64,000 bases of DNA from Acidobacteriota bacterium (GTDB lineage: Bacteria > Acidobacteriota > UBA890 > WLXD01): the NCBI GenBank assembly GCA_963666215.2, contig CAXWPL010000001.1, forward strand, positions 160,001 to 224,000. The letters run 5' to 3'. Below, piece by piece: positions 16,046-25,971 of the stretch; position 1 is the first letter of the stretch; every line of letters starts with the position of its first letter. A program made the translations under genes and the position numbers. The notes under the pieces were generated by a model. That model worked only from the letters and a program-made list of their open reading frames with translations. It did no database searches and was not told the DNA's origin.

Positions 16046-16177
16046 CCACCTCGCATTTGATATGCCCCTGGTTGCCGTTGCCAGGCGCTAACGGCCAATG
16101 CCCTTGTCGGCAGCTCGCCACCCACGGATCGTGATCCGTCGCCAAGTCCGCTCCTGCCCGAGCTGGTTCTGTGCTCG

Positions 16178-17485
16178 TCAACCACCATCTCGCACCCCGA
16201 GAACGCGTTCGAAAATGTGATCGACGTTGGCCAGCGAGGCCTCCAGATCGAACACCTCGGCAAGCTCGCGATCGTCCACGACCTCGCCGAGCTCCTCGTC
16301 GGCGGCCAGGACGTCGCGGAAGGCCTCGCCACTCTCCCAACACCGCATAGCGGAGCGCTGCACGATTGCGTACGCCTGCGTGCGGATCACGCCGCGCGCG
16401 ATCAAACGCTCCAACAAACGACTCGAGAACACGAGCCCATTGGTGAGTTCGAGATTGCGCTGCATGTTCTGCGGATACACGCGCATTCCCTCCACCACGC
16501 CCGCGAGTCGATGGGTCATGAAATCGACCAACAAGCACGCATCCGCGAGCGCTACACGCTCGGCCGACGAATGCGAGATATCGCGCTCATGCCACAGCGC
16601 GATGTTTTCGAAGCCTGTTCCCGCGTAGGCGCGCACCAAGCGAGCGAGCCCCACGAGGTTCTCGCACTTGATCGGATTGCGCTTGTGGGGCATCACCGAC
16701 GAGCCCTTCTGACCAGCCCCGAAAGGCTCCTCGACTTCTCGGATTTCAGTTCGTTGCAAGCCTCGGATCTCGGTTGCCACGCGCTCGATGGCCGCGGCGG
16801 CCAGAGCCAAGACCGATAGGAGCTCAGCGTGGCGGTCGCGTGGCACGACCTGAGTCGAAACCGGCTCGATCTGCAGGTCCAGAGTGCGGCAGGCGAGCTC
16901 TTCGACGCGAGGATCGACGGTGTTGTACGTGCCTACGGCGCCGGAGAACTGACCGAAGCTCACCATCTTGCGAGCCCGCTCGAGACGCTCGCGGCAGCGC
17001 CGGAACTCCTCGTACCAGCCGAGTACCTTGAGGCCGAAGGTAATCGGCTCGGCATGGATGCCGTGGCTGCGCCCAACCATCGGCAAGCTCTTGTGCTCCT
17101 GGGCCAGGGCTCGCAGCACCTCCAACAACCGATCCCACCCTACGAGGATCAGATCTATCGACCGCCGACAGCGCAGCGCCAGCGATGTATCGAGCACGTC
17201 CGACGACGTCAGTCCAAGGTGGAGGTAGCGCGCAGCGTCGCCCACCTGCTCTTCGATCGCCTCGAGAAAAGCGATGACGTCGTGGCCTGTACGGCGCTCG
17301 ATCTCGAGCACACGCTGCGCGTCGGGTGGCGCGGCTTGGCGAAGGGTCACGATCGCTTCGGCCGGTACTGTACCGAGCGTCGCCATGGCTTCGGCAGCCG
17401 CGAGCTCCACCTCGAGCCACGAGGCGTAAATCGCCGACTCGTCCCAAAGGCGAGCCATCTCCGATCGCGTGTAGCGGGAGATCAT
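16178..17485 (-). CDS. purB: Adenylosuccinate lyase
   Basis: MISRYT start, HDVIAF, GRSHGIHAEP, GSSVMPHKRNP. Confidence 0.96.
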   Translation of the reverse strand: MISRYTRSEMARLWDESAIYASWLEVELAAAEAMATLGTVPAEAIVTLRQAAPPDAQRVLEIERRTGHDVIAFLEAIEEQVGDAARYLHLGLTSSDVLDTSLALRCRRSIDLILVGWDRLLEVLRALAQEHKSLPMVGRSHGIHAEPITFGLKVLGWYEEFRRCRERLERARKMVSFGQFSGAVGTYNTVDPRVEELACRTLDLQIEPVSTQVVPRDRHAELLSVLALAAAAIERVATEIRGLQRTEIREVEEPFGAGQKGSSVMPHKRNPIKCENLVGLARLVRAYAGTGFENIALWHERDISHSSAERVALADACLLVDFMTHRLAGVVEGMRVYPQNMQRNLELTNGLVFSSRLLERLIARGVIRTQAYAIVQRSAMRCWESGEAFRDVLAADEELGEVVDDRELAEVFDLEASLANVDHIFERVLGVRDGG

Positions 17486-17814
17486 CGAGCTCTCGTCGCG
17501 GCGACTCGTAGCGCCGTGTGACGGTGAACGAAAAGCGGACTGGGCGTGGTGACTCGCGGCAGAGAACGATGCGAGTCGGGGGCGTCGACCCCCCCTGACG
17601 TCGCCATTCTAGGACCACCCGCCGCCGGGCGCGAATCGGTTACTGGAAACCGGCCTGTTGAGACGTCGGGCGGGCCGCCCGAGGCGCCTGGGGAACCGGT
17701 AGAGCTTGGCCGTATCGACCCGGGCACAGGGTCTCAGGCCGGCCGCCGACAGCCGCGGCAGGCGGGGCGACAGCCGCCGATCAAGCCATCGAGCGCCCGC
17801 CGAGATTCGCAGAA

Positions 17815-19170
17815 TCAGCCGGGAGACCTCATCGGCTGCGCCCGCGATACGTCGTGGAGCTCGGGCGCCGCGTCGAAGCCCAGCGACTCGAGACGACCGC
17901 TGAGATCCGAGGTGATGTCGGTGTCGGCGTCACGCCCACACAACACGCCTACCGACAACGCCGCCGGGTCGAAGAGCTCGCGACCCAGTGCCTGCACCTG
18001 CTCGAGGCTGACGGCGTCGATCTCGGAAAGGATCTCCTGTAACCCGATTGACCGGCCGAACGAGATCTGCTGGCGCGCCAGATTCGACATGCGGCTGGAG
18101 CTATTCTCGAGGCCGAGCATCATGCTGCCCTTGACGTGATCTTTCACACGCGTCAACTCTTCGCTCTCGATCGGCCGATCGCACAGCGCTTCGAGCTCGG
18201 AGGCGACCAATTCGAGCACCTTGCCCACCGCGTCGCGCCCGGTCGCCGCCGAAATCCACACGTAGCCGGCGTCCGCGTAAACGCCAATGCTGGAATAGAC
18301 GTTGTAGGCGAGCCCATGCTCCTCACGGATCACCTGGAACAAACGCGACGACACGCTGCCGCCGAGCAGCGTGTCGAGAAGGTGAAGGGCGTATCGGTCG
18401 GTGCCATTCGCCGAACGCCCGGGGCCTGCGACGTAGAGGTGCGCCTGTTCGAGATCATGGCGCGTGAGCAGCATGCAGTGGCGACTGGCAACCGGCGCCT
18501 CAGTCTTCTCAGGTGGCGGTGAGGCCTCGCGTCCTCCAAGAAGCCGATCCGCGAGGACCGTGAGCGCCTCGTGGTCGACGTTGCCGGCGGCGGCCACGAT
18601 CAGCTCAGAAGGACTAACGCTCTCGAGGTAGGCGCGCAGCTGTTCGGGGCGCAGAGCGGTAACGGTCTCGCGCGTCCCCAGGATGGGTCGGCCTAGCCCA
18701 TGTCGAGGCCAGAATCGCGCGGCGAAACGCTCGTAGAGAACCTCCTCTGGAGAGTCGTCAACGCCGGCGATCTCCTCCAGAATCACTCCACGCTCGATCT
18801 CCATATCGTTGCTTGCGAGGCGAGGATCGCCCACGAGATCGGCAAGAAGCTCGAACGCGCGTTGCAGGTTCTCGTCGAGGACCGTGGCGTAGTAGCAGGC
18901 GTGCTCCTTGGCGGTGAACGCATCCAGTTGCCCGCCCATGGCGTCGATCTCCAGCGCGATGTCGCGCGCCGAACGCGAGACCGTGCCCTTGAACAACATG
19001 TGCTCGAGGAAATGCGCAGTGCCGCCGAGCTCGGCCGCCTCGTCGCGCGACCCGCGGGTAATCCACAGGCCAAGAGAAACCGAACGCACCGCGGGCATGC
19101 GCTCGCTGACCACGGTGACACCGTTATCGAGCACAGTTGCACGGCCCACACGGGCGAATGTCTCGGTCAT
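17815..19170 (-). CDS. M16-family (pitrilysin-like) zinc peptidase
   Basis: GSRDE..G.AHFLEHMLFKGT (HXXEH) and SSRLFQVIREEHGLAY. Start set at MTETF. Confidence 0.92.
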   Translation of the reverse strand: MTETFARVGRATVLDNGVTVVSERMPAVRSVSLGLWITRGSRDEAAELGGTAHFLEHMLFKGTVSRSARDIALEIDAMGGQLDAFTAKEHACYYATVLDENLQRAFELLADLVGDPRLASNDMEIERGVILEEIAGVDDSPEEVLYERFAARFWPRHGLGRPILGTRETVTALRPEQLRAYLESVSPSELIVAAAGNVDHEALTVLADRLLGGREASPPPEKTEAPVASRHCMLLTRHDLEQAHLYVAGPGRSANGTDRYALHLLDTLLGGSVSSRLFQVIREEHGLAYNVYSSIGVYADAGYVWISAATGRDAVGKVLELVASELEALCDRPIESEELTRVKDHVKGSMMLGLENSSSRMSNLARQQISFGRSIGLQEILSEIDAVSLEQVQALGRELFDPAALSVGVLCGRDADTDITSDLSGRLESLGFDAAPELHDVSRAQPMRSPG

Positions 19171-19237
19171 GCCGGTGGGCGCTCTGACGTTAGCAATGCT
19201 CGGTGACTCACCACCGCCGCGTGTACAGCTGGTTGCG

Positions 19238-20155
19238 CTAGGCTTTCCCGAGTAACCACAGCATGATCGCCTTCTGCGCGTGCAGCCTGTTCTCCGCTTG
19301 ATCGAGCACCACCGAAATGTCGGAGTCGAGCACCTCGTCGGTAACCTCCTCGTTACGGTGTGCCGGCAAGCAATGCATGAAGCGTGCGCCGGCGTTGGCC
19401 TGCGACATGAGCTTGGTGTCCACCTGGAAGCCCTCGAATCGCGCCAGCTTCTCGGCCCCACCTTCCTGGCCCATCGAGACCCACGTGTCGGTGTAGACGG
19501 CGTCGGCACGGGACACCGCAACCATGGGATCGGTGCCGACTTCTATCGTGGTGCCGGCAGCGGAGGCCATCTCCTGGGCGCGCGCCACAATCCCGGCGTC
19601 GGCGGGGTGCTCGGCGGGCGTGGCGACCGCGACGTTCACTCCGAACAGCGGCCCGGCGAGCATCAGCGAGTGCGTCATGTTGTTGCCGTCGCCCACGTAG
19701 GCGAGCTTGAATCCACCGAGATCGCCGAACTGCTCGCGCAGCGTGAGGTAGTCGGCCATGACCTGGCACGGGTGCAGCAGGTCCGAGAGTCCGTTGATCA
19801 CCGGCACGGTGGCATTCGCCGCCAGCTGCTTGATGTCGTCGTGAGCGAAGACCCGCGCCATCATGATGTCGAGGTAGCGGGAAAGCACGCGCGCGGAGTC
19901 GGGAATGGTCTCGCCACGCCCGAGCTGCAAATCGCTCGACGACAAGAACAACCCCGTGCCGCCCAGTTGGCTGATGCCGACCTCGAACGAAACGCGCGTC
20001 CGAGTGGACGGCTTCTGGAAAATCATGCCGAGCGTGAGACCGGCACAGGCATCGCGGAACGATTCCGGCCGTTGCTTGACGTCGGAGGCCAGTCCCAGCA
20101 GCCAGGCCAAGTGGTCGGCGTCGTGATCGGCGACGGAAATGAAGTGGTCGAGCAT
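19238..20155 (-). CDS. arcB: Ornithine carbamoyltransferase (catabolic by context)
   Basis: PSTRTR, HPCQ, SMG and HCLP motifs. Adjacent to carbamate kinase. Confidence 0.92.
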   Translation of the reverse strand: MLDHFISVADHDADHLAWLLGLASDVKQRPESFRDACAGLTLGMIFQKPSTRTRVSFEVGISQLGGTGLFLSSSDLQLGRGETIPDSARVLSRYLDIMMARVFAHDDIKQLAANATVPVINGLSDLLHPCQVMADYLTLREQFGDLGGFKLAYVGDGNNMTHSLMLAGPLFGVNVAVATPAEHPADAGIVARAQEMASAAGTTIEVGTDPMVAVSRADAVYTDTWVSMGQEGGAEKLARFEGFQVDTKLMSQANAGARFMHCLPAHRNEEVTDEVLDSDISVVLDQAENRLHAQKAIMLWLLGKA

Positions 20156-20267
20156 CGTTCGGTCTCCTGCGGCTGGCTACGTCAGCCTTGACGGGTTTGC
20201 TTGGCGGCTTCGAATAATCTCGAAGAGTGTTGGCCGGGGACGGTCCCCGTTGCCGGATAGCTGAGCT

Positions 20268-21413
20268 TCAACGTTCGGGCTTCGTCTCGAGAGCCCGAGA
20301 GTCGTCGGAATGCACTCGGGTGCCAGCATCGCCGACCATGGCCTCGCTGAGGCAGCTTGCCGAGGTGATCAGAACCTCGCTGCGGGTTCGCTCGGCGAAG
20401 TCGGCGGCGGCCGAGATCTTCGGGCCCATGCTGCCGGGCGGGAATTCACCCGCTGCCACGCGCGCACGCGCCTCTGAAACACCCAGGTGCTGCATGCGGC
20501 GCTGACGTTTCGTCCCGAAGTCGGAGTAAACCGCGTCGACAGCCGTCAGCGAAATCAGCAAACCAGCGCCCACTGCTTCGCCCACGAGCGCGGCCGTGTG
20601 GTCCTTGTCAACAACGCCGTCGACGGCGCGCCACGCTGGCGCGTGGAAACTGCCGCTATCTCCTGACATGCCCGTGTGAACTTCGGAATCGGCGCTCGTT
20701 CGCAGCGGTACCCGCCGCCGAACACCGGCGAGCACACCGCTCGGCAGCTCGAGCCCTTCGCCCGAGCGCACCAACGGAATGCCGCCACCGCCACCGGCGA
20801 TCACAACCGCGCCAATCTCGACGAGCTGTCGAACGAGGTCGGCGTTGAGCAATCGAAGCGGGCGCGGCGACGGCACGACTCTTCGCCAGCCCCGTCCAGC
20901 ATCGGAGATCATCTTCCAACCCCAGTCCTGCTGCAGCGTCGCCGCCTGCTCTTTTGAATAGAAGGGGCCGATCGGCTTGGTTGGCGCCCTGAGCCCGCTG
21001 TCATCGGCGTCGACTTCCACGAGGCTCAACACCGCGGCCACCGACCGTTCGGCACCCCGGCCAGCAAGCGCGTTGCGGACCCCGAGCTCGATGAGGAAGC
21101 CCATGCTTCCCTGTGTAGCCCCGACGTGCCCGGCCAGGGACATCGGCTCGACCTCCGTGGCCGAGTAGCGGTCGCGCAGCAAAGCAGCGCCGACCTGCGG
21201 GCCGTTGCCGTGCACCAGCACTAGCTTGGTCTCGGTGCCCAGCGCATCAAAAACCCTCTCGACGGCTTCACGGGCAAGCTGCGCTTGGAACAACTCCGAC
21301 TCGTTGCCGCGCGGACTGAGCGCGTTGCCGCCGAACGCCACGACCACCGGGCCGCCAGCCGCGGCGGCCACGCACCCGCCCACGCTCGGATGCAGAGCGC
21401 CTGCGTCACGCAC
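20268..21413 (-). CDS. arcC: Carbamate kinase
   Basis: AFGGNAL, HGNGPQVG, PTKPIGPFY, WRRVVPSP, GGGGIP, DKD, GSMGPK. Start uncertain. Confidence 0.93.
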   Translation of the reverse strand: MRDAGALHPSVGGCVAAAAGGPVVVAFGGNALSPRGNESELFQAQLAREAVERVFDALGTETKLVLVHGNGPQVGAALLRDRYSATEVEPMSLAGHVGATQGSMGFLIELGVRNALAGRGAERSVAAVLSLVEVDADDSGLRAPTKPIGPFYSKEQAATLQQDWGWKMISDAGRGWRRVVPSPRPLRLLNADLVRQLVEIGAVVIAGGGGGIPLVRSGEGLELPSGVLAGVRRRVPLRTSADSEVHTGMSGDSGSFHAPAWRAVDGVVDKDHTAALVGEAVGAGLLISLTAVDAVYSDFGTKRQRRMQHLGVSEARARVAAGEFPPGSMGPKISAAADFAERTRSEVLITSASCLSEAMVGDAGTRVHSDDSRALETKPER

Positions 21414-21438
21414 GCCGATGCTTCAGCTGTCCGGGCTC

Positions 21439-22765
21439 TCAGCCGGCCGACTCGACGAACTTCGCCAGCGGCTCGGACAGCGTCGGGCTGCCGATCTCCT
21501 GCAATTCGTAGGTAACGCGCAGCGCCGGCACGTCGATGTTCACAAGAGCGCGAAGGTCGATCGGCGTTGCGATGACCACGAGGTCGCACGGGGTAGCGTT
21601 GATCGTCGCCTCGAGATCGCGGATCTGCTCGTCGCCGTATCCCATCGCCGGGATCACCACCTCGGTCTGCGGGTACTGCTCGAAGGTTTCCGCGATGCTT
21701 CCGACGGCGTAGGGATGAGGATCCACGAGCTCCGCGGCCCCGTGCTTCATCGCCGCCATGACCCCGGCACCGTACTCCATCTCCCCATGAGTGAGCGTCG
21801 GTCCGTCCTCGATGACGAGCACCCGCTTACCCGAAATCTGCTCGGCTCCCTCGACAAACAGCGGCGAAGCACCGTCGACGACTGTCGCACCTGGATTGAC
21901 CTCGCGAATGTTGTAGCGAACCTCGTCGATGCCTTCTGGGGCCGCGGTATCGATCTTGTTGATCACCACCACGTCGGCGCGACGCAGGTTGGCCTCACCG
22001 GGGTGGTGGGTCATTTCATGGCCTGGCCGGTGAGGATCGACGACGACGATCTCGAGGTCCGACTTCACCAGTGGAAAGTCGTTGTTGCCGCCGTCCCAAA
22101 CGATGATATCGGCCTCTTTCTCGGCCTCGGCGACGATCGCTCCGTAGTCGACACCGGCGTAAACAACAACGCCTCGGCGAATGTGGGGCTCGTACTCCTC
22201 GCGTTCCTCGATGGTGCACTCGTGGGTGTTCAAGTCCTCGAGGGTCGCAAAGCGCTGAACCCTCTGCTTGACCAGATCGCCGTACGGCATCGGATGGCGA
22301 ATCGCCACCACCCGCCTTACCCATCCCCTGCAAGATCTCCACGACACGCCGTGTCGTCTGGCTCTTGCCGCAGCCGGTGCGGACGGCGCAAACCGACACG
22401 ACGGGCACCTGCGACCCAACCATGCCGTGCTTGGCGCCGAGCATCCGATAGTCGGCGCCAGCGGCGATGACACGCGAGCCCAGATGCATTACGTCCTCGT
22501 GGGAGACGTCGCTGTAGGCGAAGACAGCCTGGTCGACATCGTGATCCTCAATCAACTGCTCGAGGTCGTCCTCGGCGTAGATCGGGATACCGTCGGGGTA
22601 CAGATCGCCGCACAACTCGGCAGGATACGTGCGGCCGTCGATGTCGGGAATCTGCGTAGCGGTGAACGCGACGACTTCGTAGCGCTCATTGTCGCGGAAG
22701 TAGACGTTGAAGTTGTGAAAATCGCGACCGGCAGCACCCAGAATCAATACGCGTGAGCGTTCCAT
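21439..22765 (-). CDS. arcE: P-loop protein of the cDPGS-like/COG2403 family, probable arginine synthetase; 1-nt frameshift near 22315
   Basis: GAAGRDFHNFN, VVAFTATQIP and AVRTGCGKSQT lie in one frame; RHPMPYGDL, TIEEREEYEPH, WDGGNND, EDGPTLTHG and PAMGY in the next. Removing one G from AAGGCGG restores GKRVVAIRHPMP. Confidence 0.8.
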
Positions 22766-22884
22766 AGAGAAAGAGTCCCCTTGAGCGATGAAGTGACGGA
22801 GTCCGGACCGCGTCGTCAGGGGAACACGGAACCCGCCGCGTTCGGGACACATGCGGCAGAAGGCACGGGAACGCGTCGCGTACC

Positions 22885-22914
22885 ACGTTAGCACCGGCCG
22901 AGAAATGGGGTCAA
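22885..22914 (-). promoter_or_regulatory. Candidate sigma70 promoter of the arcE-arcC-arcB operon
   Basis: TTGACC-18 bp-TAACGT with extended TG. Confidence 0.5.
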
Positions 22915-22961
22915 ACGAGCCCTCCGATCGCTGAGATCGTCTCGGCATATGTCTCGATGGC

Positions 22962-23522
22962 CTATTCGAGACGGTGTACGAGCCCACCGGGCCAGACAGC
23001 ATAGCGTCCCAGGCAATCAGCCGCACCACGCCGGAACCACGCACGCGCCTGAGCGTCGACGAGCAACCCGGCGACGCCGGCAATCGGCTCGAGCTGACGC
23101 GCTGCGCCGCCAGGGCCAACCACGAGGGAGATTCGCACGGCGACACCGCGACCCAAGATTGTCGTGCTCGGCGTCGAGGTGAGCGGAGGTATCGGGAAAT
23201 GGCGCAGCGCCGCGTCCAGCGCCGGCGGTGAGGCAGAGGTCAGCACGCCCGCAGCTCCGGCGCCGTTACCGTTCAGCAGCTCGACCGCCGCTGCGGTCGG
23301 GACCAGTCGCGCATCATCGCCAATCAGGCGCTCGATCTCCAGAAGAGTGGCGCCGCAAAGGGCCCGGGCTTGCGCGCCGTCAGCGTCGTAAGCGCCGGCT
23401 TCGTAGGCAACAAACGTCTCCGCCAGCAACATTGCCAGCAACACAGACATCGTGGCGGTGGCGGCCACAACCGTCAGTAGGGCGGCTCCCGAGTGCGTGC
23501 AATCACGGGCAGTGTCAGCCAC
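22962..23522 (-). CDS. PilX-like minor pilin
   Basis: SG|AALLTVV hydrophobic N-terminus without Glu5. Last gene of the minor pilin run. Confidence 0.55.
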   Translation of the reverse strand: MADTARDCTHSGAALLTVVAATATMSVLLAMLLAETFVAYEAGAYDADGAQARALCGATLLEIERLIGDDARLVPTAAAVELLNGNGAGAAGVLTSASPPALDAALRHFPIPPLTSTPSTTILGRGVAVRISLVVGPGGAARQLEPIAGVAGLLVDAQARAWFRRGAADCLGRYAVWPGGLVHRLE

Positions 23523-24366
23523 CGATGCGAACCGATCTCCGTACGACGCGTAGTGTCTTCAGCGACCCTGCGGACGTCTCCGACGTGCCCGGTAGGCCGA
23601 GCGTCATGGAGATCTCCAAGTCCAGCAGACGGGCTGGAACGTCGCCGCTGACCTGTAGAACCTGCATCGACCAGCTCGAAAACCCGTCCGCGAGCGGCTG
23701 CCACGGGCCCGCGCCGTTCCGACGACGCAGGCTGAGTGTCGCCAGCGGGCCCACGCTCACGCCTTCAACGACCGCGTATTCCCGCAGCACCAGCGGCTGC
23801 AGCGCCCGCGGCACTCCCCATGCGTCGATCGAGCTTTGCTCGTCACCCCAGGTAATGAGCAGCCTCGACAGGCCGTCGATCGCTACGACTCGTCCCGCCG
23901 GAGCCGGGCTCGCGACCGGGTGACCCGGTTGTCCGAGAGCCGCCACCATGCCGACGACGACGACCTGCGGCAAGGGACGAGCGGTGAAGAGGTTCGCGCC
24001 GGCCAGCGCAACCTCGAGCGTCGGGCCGTCTGGGACCAGCAGTCGCAGCGACTGTCCGCCCGCGGCTACAACCGGGACCCGAGTGCCCTCGAACGTGATC
24101 GAGGCACTCCCCTCCAATCCGTCACCAGCTCGCTCCACGTCGGCAACGACGGCAGCGAGCGTCGCACGAGCGAGCGAGGTAGCAGCCAGCCGCCTCTCCA
24201 ACGTCGCAGCGGCCGAGCCGCCGCCCACGACGAGAGGCAGAATCGCCGCCGCGAGCAGCCCGGTGCACGCCGTCGCCACCAGCAACTCGAGCAGGCTCGT
24301 CCCGTGCACGCGCTCGTCGGCACACGCCACTGACGCCACCGCGCCGCCCGTTTCAGATTCGCCCAC
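23515..24366 (-). CDS. PilW-like minor pilin
   Basis: HG|TSLLELLVA prepilin site and DVERAG motif. GTG start next to the upstream stop. Confidence 0.65.
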   Translation of the reverse strand: MGESETGGAVASVACADERVHGTSLLELLVATACTGLLAAAILPLVVGGGSAAATLERRLAATSLARATLAAVVADVERAGDGLEGSASITFEGTRVPVVAAGGQSLRLLVPDGPTLEVALAGANLFTARPLPQVVVVGMVAALGQPGHPVASPAPAGRVVAIDGLSRLLITWGDEQSSIDAWGVPRALQPLVLREYAVVEGVSVGPLATLSLRRRNGAGPWQPLADGFSSWSMQVLQVSGDVPARLLDLEISMTLGLPGTSETSAGSLKTLRVVRRSVRIGG

Positions 24367-24367
24367 C

Positions 24368-24841
24368 TCAGCGCGCCACCAAGAGCACCGCGTGAGCAGC
24401 CGTGGCGCCCGGCCCAGTCGGCTCGGAAATACCCGAGGCACGTGGTCCGCACGCAGCCTCAACACGGAACCAGAGGAGCACACCCTGCTGCACGAGCTCG
24501 ACCCGCCGCCAGCAACGCGGGGCTCGGCAGTCGAGTTCCTCCGTCGGCGAGACTGCGGCCACGTCGTCGACTGTGGCGAGGGCGCCGTCAGGGCCAGCTG
24601 CCCCGATCGGCTGCCAACCAACAGGATAGACAAGCGCGGGATGCGCGGCAGCGGCGGCGCTCTGCGCGCCTTCGAGAGCGCAGGCGGCATCCTCAGCGCG
24701 CGCAACGCGCTCCACGGTGGCGGTCAACACCGAGCCGATCGCGATCAGTCCCACACTGAGCAGCGCCAGGGCGACAACCACCTCGAGCAGGGAGAAGCCG
24801 CCGCGTTCGAGGTGCGGTGACGCCAACCTCCATCGGGCCAT
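24368..24841 (-). CDS. PilV-like minor pilin
   Basis: RGG|FSLLEVVVALALLSVG class III signal. Start uncertain. Confidence 0.7.
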   Translation of the reverse strand: MARWRLASPHLERGGFSLLEVVVALALLSVGLIAIGSVLTATVERVARAEDAACALEGAQSAAAAAHPALVYPVGWQPIGAAGPDGALATVDDVAAVSPTEELDCRAPRCWRRVELVQQGVLLWFRVEAACGPRASGISEPTGPGATAAHAVLLVAR

Positions 24842-25059
24842 CGCCCGTTGCAACGAGGCGCTCGGACCCGTTCGGGTCGGAGGTCGAGACGATGGGCGGT
24901 GGCGGCGAGGCCAAGTTCGATCGGCAACGGGATTGCGCATGACAATCCCTTTAGATGGTCACCGCCCGTCGCTTTCCTGGGCGCTGGGATGGCGTCGGAG
25001 AATCAATCATCAAACCGAGCGCAAACACCGCCGCGTCGATGCTCCTGCTCCAGGCCGTG

Positions 25060-25599
25060 CTAGTAGCCGTAGGCCCACATCGAGACTTCGACCCGTCCCG
25101 TCGCTCGATTGAACTCGACCTCGAAGGTGTCGCCGATCGAGTTGCTCAGGTACACCGCGTCGGTGGCGGCGGTGCTGTCGCCGAGCGTACCGTCGGGATG
25201 GAAGAACAACTCGGCGCCGGGAACGTCGATGGGCCCGCCAGAAGGTCCGCCGCTGAACGTAACCCCGAAGGGCAACCCTCGCGGGACAGCGTCGAGCAGC
25301 GTCCCGGTGGCGGCGTCGCCCTCGAATAGGCTGAAGGTCCCCGCGCCCACGTTGAACGCGATCGAGAATTCATCGCTCTGGCTGACGGCGCGCATGCGTT
25401 GCAGCTGTATGGTCGTGGCGATCTCTTGTGCGGCTGAGCGCGTGCGATAGCGATCGAGCCACGACTGCATGGCTGGCAGGCCGATCACTACGAGAATTCC
25501 GATGACCGCCATGGTCACGATCAACTCGATCAAGGAAAAGCCGCGCTGGCCGCCGCCAAGCGTGGAGCTCCACTTCGTCCGGGCGCGAAGCACGCTCAT
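25060..25599 (-). CDS. FimT/FimU (GspH-like) minor pilin
   Basis: QRG|FSLIELIVTMAVIGIL, RMRAVSQ, FFHPDG, TGRVEV. Confidence 0.85.
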   Translation of the reverse strand: MSVLRARTKWSSTLGGGQRGFSLIELIVTMAVIGILVVIGLPAMQSWLDRYRTRSAAQEIATTIQLQRMRAVSQSDEFSIAFNVGAGTFSLFEGDAATGTLLDAVPRGLPFGVTFSGGPSGGPIDVPGAELFFHPDGTLGDSTAATDAVYLSNSIGDTFEVEFNRATGRVEVSMWAYGY

Positions 25600-25971
25600 G
25601 GTACCGCCTCCTATGGATCATCCACCCACGCTGTGGAGGCGCGGCATACGACGTCACCGGTCGTATCTGCCTCCCAGCCTCATACTCGAGGCGAGTGTAG
25701 GCAGCGGCATGCAACGCTCCGCAGGCAAAAGCAACCCTCGGCAACACCTTGCCGGACAAGGGCAGAAGCCCGCGGTCGAGGCGGGCTAGCCCCGGACGAG
25801 TCGGGCAGATCGTGGAAGGTCCCGGCCGATTACGGAGACGCGCACCCAGCGAGGGCCTGCCAAGGACAGCGCGAACTCGCGACCGTCGTATCGAGGCAAG
25901 CGACGGCCAGGCGAGGCCAAGAGGTCAGCCGTTGAGATGCCCCGACGCCGGTTCGCGTCGCGTCGCTGGAC

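Noticed and set aside
17486-17814. Purine, ZTP or PRPP riboswitch upstream of purB
   Set aside because: Only a small GC hairpin and a TAGAAT box are present; I could not match conserved aptamer motifs. An Rfam/Infernal scan would settle it.
22305-22325. Programmed ribosomal frameshift in arcE
   Set aside because: No slippery heptamer or obvious stimulatory structure, and the family is normally one ORF.
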